DNA from: Bryobacterales bacterium
GTDB taxonomy: Bacteria; Acidobacteriota; Terriglobia; Bryobacterales; Bryobacteraceae
NCBI GenBank assembly: GCA_963756605.1
Contig: CAVWOT010000030.1
Coordinates: 454,873-478,872 of the forward strand
DNA: 24,000 nucleotides
Reading direction: 5' to 3'
Numbering within the stretch: the stretch's first letter is position 1; every line of letters begins with the position of its first letter. The notes beneath the pieces were generated by a model. The model was not told the origin of the DNA and made no database searches. It saw nothing but the letters and a program-made list of their open reading frames with translations. Below are positions 7,187-16,105 of the stretch, one piece after another. The translations under genes and the position numbers were made by a program.

Positions 7187-7334
7187 CGCGAGCGCTCCTG
7201 CTTTCTGGATTGCGCCTTCCCGACATGCTCCCTCGGAAGACTGGCTTCCAACGGGTTCTCCGTATCGTTCCGGATGCCTGCACGAAAATTGGTCCGTCGG
7301 CGTGCCATGTGATGTACTTGAGAAACGATTGAGC

Positions 7335-7860
7335 GGAGATTGGCCCGTCTCCACTACGGAGATAGCCTGGCTTGGTCTGCGGCGGCCAGGGGCGGATTGC
7401 CGATCAGGAGTTACAGCGTGTTACGGGCACCACCGCATCAAGTCTGTGCCAGGTGGATACGACCGGGCGGACCACATATACGGATCCGTCCGGTTCTCCG
7501 TCAACCAGGTATTACTAATGCGGTGCCAGGCGACTGACACGAGCGGCGACGTTTCGCCGCCCTCCACGACCGTGTCGGCCGCCACGCTGGCGCTGCCCTC
7601 GGCGCCCACGGACGTAGCGGCCATCGCCCCCGGCAAGAGCCATGTCAGCGTAACCTGGACGCCGCCTCCAGCGGCATGCCACTGGGTTCCTACACCGTTT
7701 TCCGCGGGACTAGCGCTTCGAACTTGACGTCGCTGAAGATAGTCTCCGCCAGCCAGTTTGTACGCTAATGACACTACCGTATCGGCGGGCGATACATACT
7801 ATTACGCAGGCCAAAGACATTTCCTGTGGGTAACCGTCGCGGTCACTAGGCCGTGACCAT
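7335..7860 (+). pseudogene. Degraded remnant of a gene encoding tandem fibronectin type III (FN3)-like domains
   Basis: FN3-like peptide runs can only be read by hopping frames. They are SLAWSAAARGGLPIRSYSV (from 7364); QRVTGTTASSLCQVDTTGRTTYTDPSGSPSTRYY* (7414-7518); MRCQATDTSGDVSPPSTTVSAATLALPSAPTDVAAIAPGKSHVSVTWTPPPAA (7518-7676); SGMPLGSYTVFRGTSASNLTSLKIVSASQFVR* (7670-7768); SLYANDTTVSAGDTYYYAGQ (7755-7814); QAKDISCG* (7807-7833). That is at least 5 frame switches and 3 premature stops. Confidence 0.6.
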
Positions 7861-8028
7861 CGCCCGACTTAGTTTTCTCATGTTATTGTCTTTCTCTCCT
7901 CTTGCATATTAAATTCCGTTAGTCTCATCGATCTCTGAGTAACTTCATTTACCACCTGAGAATGAGTATGTAGTTGGTAAACACTATAAGCAGAGCCGAT
8001 TATATTTTATCTGACCGATAGGAATACA
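7861..8028. other. AT-rich spacer, a compositional outlier
   Basis: My hand count over 170 nt from 7861 gives about 37% G+C, against over 60% in flanking genes. No ORF is present. It contains TATATT (8001-8006) about 22 nt before the TTG start at 8029. Confidence 0.6.
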
Positions 8029-8882
8029 TTGCGCTACAACATCAAATCGAACCTGTTCCCCTTTGTAGGGTCGCGTGGTTCTTGCTTATTCACTGTGTTA
8101 TCGCTTTTGGCTTCGCTCTCTTATAGCAATGTAAGAGCGCAAGCCCCGCCTGTTCCGGCGGAATTTCAGGCGACTTACAGTTCACTCAACACTTATCTCG
8201 CTAATTTCAATACGACTTTGAATGCCGAGCCCCCGAGCAATCTTCCGCTTCTGTCCACGGCGGCTCTGGCCAATGCGGGTCCACAACTGGTGAATCCGGG
8301 TACCATGGCGGGCGTCCAACTGCAATTGAATGAGCTTAAGGCAATGGGAGTACAGGCGGTCATGGTGGAAGTCGGCTTCCCCATGCTCTATGCTCCGTTT
8401 CTCACCAGCCAGGGGCAAACGCAAGCCCAGTTCGTCAGCTTCTATCAGCAGGTCGCGCAGCTGATCCGCGCCGCGGGTCTCAAGGTTATCGTCGAGAATG
8501 ACACGCTGCTGGCCAATAGTGATGTGTCGGCCGGTTGGGATGCCTCTCCCTTCTACGCCACGTTAAGCTGGAGCCAATACCAGCAAGCGCGCGCGCAGAC
8601 TGCGTTGACCATTGCGCAGACCATGCAGCCGGATTACCTGGTGGTGGTGGAAGAGCCCAGCACGGAGGCCGACAACAGCGGGCAAAGCCAAGCCGACACT
8701 CCCGTTGGATCGGCCTCTCTGTTAAGCCAGATCCCGGCGAGCTTGGAGCAGGCCGGCGTGCCGGGTATGCAGGTGGGAGCCGGAACCGGGGCCTCGCAGG
8801 CGAATGCCGTGTCCTTCATCCAGCAATATGTGGCCCAGGCGGTGGATTTCATCGACTTCCGAGGGCGTTTTATCGGACCGCT

Positions 8883-8910
<28 letters not shown>
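8029..8910 (+). CDS. Secreted TIM-barrel glycoside-hydrolase-like protein, probably 3'-truncated (possible pseudogene)
   Basis: TTG start with AGGAA upstream. Signal peptide LFTVLSLLASLSYSNVRAQA. Clan-A-like strands are present: VMVEVGFP, LKVIVEND, DYLVVVEEPSTE. The ORF leaves recognisable sequence at AVDFIDF-, where an H-x-Y strand would be expected, and ends in RGRFIGPLLRPGCCSW*. The first ~120 nt are visibly lower in G+C than the neighbours. Confidence 0.55.
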
Positions 8911-10197
<1,287 letters not shown>

Positions 10198-10589
10198 TCG
10201 GGAACACCTTGCCAGCCGGGCAAGATTCCAGGATATTGCCCGCAAGTAACGCCGCAGCGTTAGAGTTTCAGTGCCCCGGCCTCGCGAGCCCCCATGTGGA
10301 GCCCGCCAGGGCGTCAGTTCCCTTAACGTGCAATATTTGACCAATGGAGGAGAGACCCATGTTGCCATACGCACCGCTGGCAACATTCCACCGAAGGTCT
10401 CCCAGCTTTCTCCAACTCCATCCGCTCTTCATTGCGGGGCACATTACTTCAATTTAATGACGCGCGTCCAAGCCGAAATCTTTCAACTCCCAGATGGTCG
10501 GACACTCGGAAGGTCACCAGAAAACGGCGTTCCGGTAAGTTGACACCTCGTGAAGCTCAAAGCGCACCGCCGCAGGCCGAAGGCCTGCA

Positions 10590-10634
10590 CACAATTGTGC
10601 AAGATTGACAAAACCGGCCGCGTCGTGGCATACT
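10590..10634 (+). promoter_or_regulatory. Candidate padR promoter with an adjacent palindromic operator
   Basis: A perfect 10-bp palindrome CACAATTGTG lies at 10590-10599. TTGACA lies at 10605-10610. An extended -10-like TGgCATACT lies at 10626-10634 (18-nt spacer). ATG follows at 10649 with no SD, so the leader is short. Confidence 0.4.
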
Positions 10635-10648
10635 TCCATCGATAGACG

Positions 10649-10984
10649 ATGGGAAAGCCCGAAGCGCCCGAACTCCTGCCTGGTACCCTCGATCTCCTGA
10701 TTCTGCGCACTCTGCTAGTCGGTCCCATGCATGGCTACGGCATCGCGCAGCGCCTCCGCCAGGTATCCGGCGATGTGCTGCAGGTGGGCGAAAGCTCGCT
10801 TTACCCCGCGCTGCAGCGTCTGCTGCTGAATGCCTGGGTGAAAGCGGAATGGGGCGCTTCCGAAAATAACCGGCGCGCGCGCTACTACACCTTGACCGCC
10901 ACCGGCCGCAAGCAGCTCTCCGCGGAGCGCGCCGAATTCGCCCGTGTCATCGGCGCCATTGAAAAGGTTCTCAACATGGCATGA
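10649..10984 (+). CDS. PadR family transcriptional regulator
   Basis: LPGTLDLLILRTLLVGPMHGYGIAQRLRQVSGDVLQVGESSLYPALQRLLLNAWVKAEWGASENNRRARYYTLTATGRKQL is a canonical PadR winged helix. The stop overlaps the next start (ATGA at 10981-10984). Confidence 0.9.
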   Translation: MGKPEAPELLPGTLDLLILRTLLVGPMHGYGIAQRLRQVSGDVLQVGESSLYPALQRLLLNAWVKAEWGASENNRRARYYTLTATGRKQLSAERAEFARVIGAIEKVLNMA

Positions 10985-13611
10985 GCCTGCCCCTCCAGAC
11001 CTGGTTGCCGCGCGCTTGGCGCAGAATAGTCTATCACCGCCGGCGCACGTCGTTAGAGCGCGATCTCGCCGAAGAACTGAATTTTCATTTTGAGCTGAAA
11101 CGACAAGCCGCCGGCGAGCTCAGTCATATTCAAATGGGCAACATGACGCTGGCCGCCGAGGAGTGCCGCGATATGTGGAGTTTTCTGAGACTCGAGAGAT
11201 TGTGGCAAGACATCCGCTACGCCGCGCGTATGTTCCGCCGCACCCCTGGTTTTACGGCGATTGCGGTGCTCTCGCTGGCCGTGGGCATCGGTGGGAATGC
11301 CGCCATGTTCACCCTGGTGAACACGCTGCTGGTGCGCCCGCTGCCGTACCGCGCGCCGGACCGGCTGATGCGCGTCACGGGTATCTTTCCGCGCGCCGCC
11401 GTGCCCTTTTTTGAGCAACAGACCCACACCATGGAGATTGCCGCCGTCAGCCCCGCGGCCGAATACAACCTCACCGGCGCGGGCGAAGCCATCCGCATCG
11501 CCGGCAGCGCGATTTCGGCCAACGCATTTTCCATCCTGGGCGCCGCCGTGGCCCGCGGACGTAGCTTCACATCCGGAGAAGATTCCCCAGGCCGCGATGC
11601 CGTCGTCATTCTGAGCAATTCCTTATGGCGGACGAAATTCGGCGGCGATCCTGACGTCGTGGGCCGCGTGATTGCGCTAAACGGCTTTAATCGGCAGATT
11701 ATCGGCATCATGCCGCCGGCATTCAGCTATCCGGCCGCGCAGGTGCAGGCCTGGATCCCCTTGCGCCTGGATTCGTCGAATTATCTGGAATACTGGGCCG
11801 GCGCGTTTGTGCCCTTGGTGGCCCGTCTGCGCCCCGGATTCACGCAGGCCGAAGCGCAGCGCGAGATCCAGCCGCTGGTCGATCGATTCCGCCAGACGTT
11901 CCCCTATCCCATGGCCCGCGATTGGAACCGCGATTCCACGGCCATCCCGTTGCAGCGCGATCTGACTGGCGATATCCGCGGCAAACTGATCATCCTGCTG
12001 TGTGCGGTCGGACTGGTGCTGTTGATTGCCTGCGCCAACGTGGCGAGCTTGCTGCTCTCGCGGGCGACTACCCGCCGCAAGGAGATTGCGCTGCGCGTCG
12101 CGCTGGGGGCGCAACGGATGCGCATCATTCGCCAATTGCTCACCGAAAGCGTGCTGCTGTCGCTGGCGGGGGCCGGCTTGGGAATTCTCATCGGCACCGG
12201 CGCGCTTTCCGTATTCAAGGCGCTGTTACCGTCCTCCACGCCGGGCTTGGCGCAGGCCGCCATCGACTGGCCGATTGCCGCTGCTGTGGCTGTTCTGGCG
12301 CTGATCACCGGCCTGGCCTTCGGGATCGCGCCCGCGCTGAGCGCTTCCCAGGTCGATCTGGCGCAATCCATTCGCACCGGCAGCCAGCGCTCCACCGCTG
12401 TATTCTGGACGCGCCTGCGCGGCAGTCTCATCGGCGTGGAGGTCGCGCTCACGGTAGTGTTGGTAGTGAGCGCGGGCCTCCTGATCAAGAGTCTGTATAC
12501 GCTCTCTGACGTGCGGCCCGGCTTCTCGGCCGATCGGATCTTGACTGTACGCATCAGCCCGAATGCCTCTTCTTGCCTGCAGCGGGCCGCGTGCATCGCG
12601 CTCTACGACCGCCTGCTGGAAGGCGCGCGGGGAGTTGCGGGTGTGGCCGATGCTGCCGTCTCGAGCGGCGTTCCCCTAGATGCCGAGCAGCCCGATCTGG
12701 CCGTCGATGTGGAAGGCCATCCTAAGTCTGTGGATTATCCCGCCCCCATGCTGTGGTCGGGCGCCGTAAGCCCCGGCTACATTCGTATGATGCGCATTCC
12801 GCTGCTGCGCGGCCGCGATCTCGCCACGGCGGATGGCGCCAAGTCCGCTGCCGTTATTTTGATTTCCGCGTCCACGGCCCAGCGTTTCTGGCCCGGCGAG
12901 AATCCCATTGGCAAGCACATCAAGGCGGCTGACGAACCGCAATGGCGCACCGTGGTTGGCGTGGTGGGCGATGTGCGCCAATACAGCCTCAGCAAAGGCA
13001 TGCCGGACTGGATCGTCGGCGCCATCTACATGCCTTACGCGCAGGCCGTGCGCCAGGATGGGCAAATCCCGGCAGCCATGACGCTGCTGGTGAAGACCCG
13101 GGGCAGCCAGGAGGGAACCGCGCGTGAGATGCGAACCCTGGCGCAGGATCAGGATCCGAGCCTGCCCGTCGGCCAGGTGCAGCCGTTGGATGAAGTGGTG
13201 GCCGGCTCGATCGCCAATTTTCGCGCCACCATCCGCGTGTTCATCAGTTTTGCCGCGGCCGCCATTCTGCTGGCCGCTATCGGCATTTATGGCCTGGTCT
13301 CCTATTGGGTATCCCAGCGAACCTATGAGATCGGTTTGCGCGTAGCCATCGGTGCCACCCGCCCCCGCATCGTGTCCATGATCCTCGCTCAAGGACTGCG
13401 CGTGGCTCTGTATGGCGTCGCGGCGGGCGTATTGGCGGCGGTCGTCGCCACGCGCTATCTGGGCAGCCTGCTTTACGGAGTGGGTGCTACCGATCCGATG
13501 ACGTTCGCCGCCGTCACGGTCCTGGTTCTGGCGGTCGCCATGGCCGCGGCCATGTTCCCGGCGTGGCGCGCATCCCGCATCGACCCCATCAACTGCCTGC
13601 GTAGCGAATGA
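10981..13611 (+). CDS. ADOP-type duplicated FtsX/MacB-like ABC transporter permease with no adjacent ATPase
   Basis: 876 aa. The N-terminal leader ends in WQDIRYAARMFRRTPGFTAIAVLSLAVGIGGNAAMF. There are two MacB-like periplasmic segments, each followed by an FtsX 4-TM unit (...RRKEIALRVALGAQRMRII... and ...RTYEIGLRVAIGATRPRIV...). Pairing with PadR is the arrangement known for acidobacterial duplicated orphan permeases. Confidence 0.92.
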   Translation: MSLPLQTWLPRAWRRIVYHRRRTSLERDLAEELNFHFELKRQAAGELSHIQMGNMTLAAEECRDMWSFLRLERLWQDIRYAARMFRRTPGFTAIAVLSLAVGIGGNAAMFTLVNTLLVRPLPYRAPDRLMRVTGIFPRAAVPFFEQQTHTMEIAAVSPAAEYNLTGAGEAIRIAGSAISANAFSILGAAVARGRSFTSGEDSPGRDAVVILSNSLWRTKFGGDPDVVGRVIALNGFNRQIIGIMPPAFSYPAAQVQAWIPLRLDSSNYLEYWAGAFVPLVARLRPGFTQAEAQREIQPLVDRFRQTFPYPMARDWNRDSTAIPLQRDLTGDIRGKLIILLCAVGLVLLIACANVASLLLSRATTRRKEIALRVALGAQRMRIIRQLLTESVLLSLAGAGLGILIGTGALSVFKALLPSSTPGLAQAAIDWPIAAAVAVLALITGLAFGIAPALSASQVDLAQSIRTGSQRSTAVFWTRLRGSLIGVEVALTVVLVVSAGLLIKSLYTLSDVRPGFSADRILTVRISPNASSCLQRAACIALYDRLLEGARGVAGVADAAVSSGVPLDAEQPDLAVDVEGHPKSVDYPAPMLWSGAVSPGYIRMMRIPLLRGRDLATADGAKSAAVILISASTAQRFWPGENPIGKHIKAADEPQWRTVVGVVGDVRQYSLSKGMPDWIVGAIYMPYAQAVRQDGQIPAAMTLLVKTRGSQEGTAREMRTLAQDQDPSLPVGQVQPLDEVVAGSIANFRATIRVFISFAAAAILLAAIGIYGLVSYWVSQRTYEIGLRVAIGATRPRIVSMILAQGLRVALYGVAAGVLAAVVATRYLGSLLYGVGATDPMTFAAVTVLVLAVAMAAAMFPAWRASRIDPINCLRSE

Positions 13612-13746
13612 ATCACTCTACGCCCCAACGCCCGCAGTCACAACTTTTCGCTTAGCCGATATCTCATTTATCTGCAATAGGCTGGCGCAGTCCAGCGCAA
13701 GTTCTGGTCAAAGCCCTCAAGTCTGCCTTGCTAGTATAGGACCGGC

Positions 13747-13962
13747 ATGAAGAAAGCGGAAATCGCCAAACGCCTGGCCCGGCAGTCGGGAGTCTCCAAT
13801 GCCGAGGCCGCCGATAAGTTGGATCGCGTCATCCACCAGATCCTCTCCAAGCTGCGCAAAGGCCAGCAGGCGCCACTGCCCGGATTAGGCCTGTTCACCC
13901 CAGGTACCAAAGGTTCCTATCAGTTCAAGAAGGAGAAGCCTGCAGGCCATGAGCGAAAATAG
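13747..13962 (+). CDS. Small HU/IHF-fold-like protein (abbreviated HU, lacks the long beta-arm)
   Basis: MKKAEIAKRLARQSGVSNAEAADKLDRVIHQILSKLRKGQQAPLPGLGLFTPG parallels HU residues 1-50 (MNKxELIxxVAxxxGLSKxxAxxAVDxxxxxIxxALxxGxxVxLxGFGxF). It terminates about 20 aa later. An AGGA lies 5 nt before the ATG. Confidence 0.65.
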   Translation: MKKAEIAKRLARQSGVSNAEAADKLDRVIHQILSKLRKGQQAPLPGLGLFTPGTKGSYQFKKEKPAGHERK

Positions 13963-14515
13963 CCATTCGAGCCGGCAGGTGGCCCGTCTGGTCCGGCAAT
14001 GCCTCGCCGAGGGCGCCATCGTGGAGATCGATGGTCTGGGTAGCTTCATTCCCGACGCGGAGCGCGGCTTCCACTTCCAGGCGCGCAACCGGCCCAAGGT
14101 GTTCGTGGCGTATGTCCAGGAAGACGCCCCCGCCGCCGAGCGGCTCTTCGAGGATCTGGAAGCTGCCGGTTTCGATCCATGGCTGGATCGCCGCAAGCTG
14201 CTGCCCGGCCAGAACTGGCCCCGTTCCATAGAAGAGGCCATAGACACTTCGGACTTCTTCCTGGCCTGTTTCTCGCACCGGTCGGTGAAGAAAAAGGGTG
14301 GCTTTCAGGCCGAAATCCGCTACGCCCTGGACTGCACGCAGCGCGTCCCGCTTGACCAGATTTTCCTGATTCCCGCGCGCCTGGATCCCTGCCCCGTGCC
14401 TCTGCGCATCCAGCGTGAGACTCAGTACATCGATTTGTTCCCCGATTGGGATCGCGGTTTCCGCCGCATGGTGAACGCCATGCGCCGCCAATCCATGAAC
14501 CACGCGCCTGTGTAA
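13949..14515 (+). CDS. TIR domain protein with an N-terminal HU-like unit
   Basis: TIR_2 pattern: KVFVAYVQEDAPAAERLFEDLEAAGFDPWLDRRKLLPGQNWPRSIEEAIDTSDFFLACFSHRSVKKKGGFQAEIRYALD...IFLIPARLDPCPVP. The N-terminal VARLVRQCLAEGAIVEIDGLGSFIPDAERGFHFQ repeats the helix plus GLGxF unit of the upstream ORF. The two ORFs overlap by 14 nt. AGGAG lies at 13931-13935. Confidence 0.85.
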   Translation: MSENSHSSRQVARLVRQCLAEGAIVEIDGLGSFIPDAERGFHFQARNRPKVFVAYVQEDAPAAERLFEDLEAAGFDPWLDRRKLLPGQNWPRSIEEAIDTSDFFLACFSHRSVKKKGGFQAEIRYALDCTQRVPLDQIFLIPARLDPCPVPLRIQRETQYIDLFPDWDRGFRRMVNAMRRQSMNHAPV

Positions 14516-14633
14516 AGCAGGACCGATGCGCGCACACCGGAAATACCGGAAGGGTTTACGCCGGTGCTGTCCGCAGGAGCCGCCGCAGTAGTGACGTGGA
14601 TCTTCCCTGGTGCGGGTGTCATGGCCGGCCTCG

Positions 14634-15026
14634 TTACAACATTTCAGGCGGCGGACCGCTCATCACCGGCCGAACCTCGATGGGCATGTTCAATGGTGCT
14701 CCACCCGGTCCCGGCGCCGCCGATGCTTTCGCGGCAATTTCGTAGGCTCGCTCGGAGTCCCCCACATCGACAATCCAATAGCCGGCGAGAAATTCCTTGC
14801 CCTCCGGAAATACGCCGTCCGTGATCGGGATCCCATCCTTGCCGGCCCGCACGAGCTTCGCCTGGTCCGGAAAGGCCAACCCTTCGGCCGATACTAACTC
14901 GCCGGATTCATGGAGCTCTTTGCTGAACCTCCGCATAAACGCAATGTGCGCCTGTAGATCGTTTTTGGGCCAGTCAGGAACGCCTTCTCCGGCCCTCATG
15001 GTGTTCATCATCAAAATGTATTTCAT
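14634..15026 (-). CDS. YciI/DGPF-domain family protein
   Basis: MKYILMMN...ITDGVFPEGKEFLAGYWIVDVGDSERAYEIAAKAS...IEVRPV matches the YCII-related (DGPFxExKE...GY) pattern. Confidence 0.85.
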   Translation of the reverse strand: MKYILMMNTMRAGEGVPDWPKNDLQAHIAFMRRFSKELHESGELVSAEGLAFPDQAKLVRAGKDGIPITDGVFPEGKEFLAGYWIVDVGDSERAYEIAAKASAAPGPGGAPLNMPIEVRPVMSGPPPEML

Positions 15027-15108
15027 GTCTTTCCAGTCCCTTCATTGTCGCGCCAGTTTTCTGAGCGTTCATAGGACAGTCGGAGCACACGGCGTATCCT
15101 CGACAACC

Positions 15109-15134
15109 GGAAAAACAGTTTTTGACAAAAACTG
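15109..15134 (-). terminator. AT-rich perfect palindrome; weak intrinsic-terminator candidate on the minus strand, or a protein-binding site
   Basis: Plus strand: ggAAAAACAGTTTTTGACAAAAACTG. The core CAGTTTTT-GAC-AAAAACTG (15116-15134) is a perfect 8-bp inverted repeat. Read on the minus strand, the hairpin is followed by TTTTT. It lies 134 nt downstream of the CBM9-like stop and about 90 nt upstream of the YciI-like start. Confidence 0.3.
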
Positions 15135-15267
15135 GGATCTGCAACACGCTTGGATCGGTATACTGTCGATGATCGGAGTGTCGGGCGGACCGTTCACGGA
15201 GCGCTGGCCGGGCCCCGGCGGAAACTAGAGAGCTGCGTTGGCGTTGAAATCCTCCAGTGGAAGCCGC

Positions 15268-16086
15268 TTACAGCACCAACTCCTCTTCGGAGAAGCGAAT
15301 GCGCGTAAATCGATCGGGCCGGTGCGTGTCGTAAACTCCGTGCGCGTTCCAGACCCATGCGGGGTGCGGTGAGACTTCCTGGCCGCCGGCGCGCAGCGCC
15401 TCGAACCGCCCGAAGAATATTCGCCACTCGTCGCCGTCTATCGGCGGCAGAGACCGTCCTTTCGCCAACCACTTCATCCCGGACCAGGGGAAGGCGATCT
15501 CCACCGTCCAACCTTTGTCCACCACCGAGTCGTCGTTAATGACACCGTCGACATGCGTGGCCCACCGCAGCCCCGGCATGTCGTAATCGAGAAATGCCCA
15601 CCGCGTCCCTCGTGGGTTTGTGCCGCGCCAAAACGATTCCGGATGCCGGTCATAGTCACCTCCGAAAGTCAGCGCATCGCGCCGCAGCACGTCCCATTCC
15701 GCCTGGTCGAAGCGGGCGAATGCGTCCTTCCAGATGAAGAATACCTCGTAGATGGTTCCGAGCGCGTTGATCTCAAACTCGTAGTAGCAATCGCCGCCGT
15801 CGATGAACACCTCGACATCGCTCTCCTGGAAAATAAGCGAGTCGCGCTCGGTCAATCTGGCGCGCACGAATGGCTCTTCGATCCAAAAGCCAACATAGAG
15901 ACACTCATCGTCCCACAGCGCGGCTGCCTGTGTGCCGAAAAACGCGGGCTCCCCCGTGACCATGTCCACGAATCGGGGAGAGCGCTCGGCCTTCTGCCAC
16001 GCCGGCGAGTCCAGCCGTCCATTCATCGCCGGGGGCCGCGTCGTCCGGCGGCATACGTAATTCTTGATGGGGCTCTCGGGTGTCAT
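15268..16086 (-). CDS. Carbohydrate-binding family 9 (CBM9/DOMON-like) domain protein
   Basis: MNGRLDSPAWQKAERSPRFVDMVTGEPAFFGTQAAALWDDECLYVGFWIEEP...EVFIDGGDCYYEFEINALGTIYE...GWTVEIAFPW is the CBM9_1 pattern (IDGxLDxxxWxxA...LWDDxxLYV). Its start lies 19 nt after the DUF1501 stop. Confidence 0.8.
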   Translation of the reverse strand: MTPESPIKNYVCRRTTRPPAMNGRLDSPAWQKAERSPRFVDMVTGEPAFFGTQAAALWDDECLYVGFWIEEPFVRARLTERDSLIFQESDVEVFIDGGDCYYEFEINALGTIYEVFFIWKDAFARFDQAEWDVLRRDALTFGGDYDRHPESFWRGTNPRGTRWAFLDYDMPGLRWATHVDGVINDDSVVDKGWTVEIAFPWSGMKWLAKGRSLPPIDGDEWRIFFGRFEALRAGGQEVSPHPAWVWNAHGVYDTHRPDRFTRIRFSEEELVL

Positions 16087-16105
16087 GCCAGCCAGACGCG
16101 CCGCA

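Noticed and set aside
10198-10648. ORFs 10271..10543 (+), 10015..10386 (-) and 10483..10728 (-) in the spacer before padR
   Set aside because: They have no recognisable motifs, mutually overlap on both strands and lack SD context. The last one runs antisense into padR and its promoter. I treat them as non-coding or decayed sequence.
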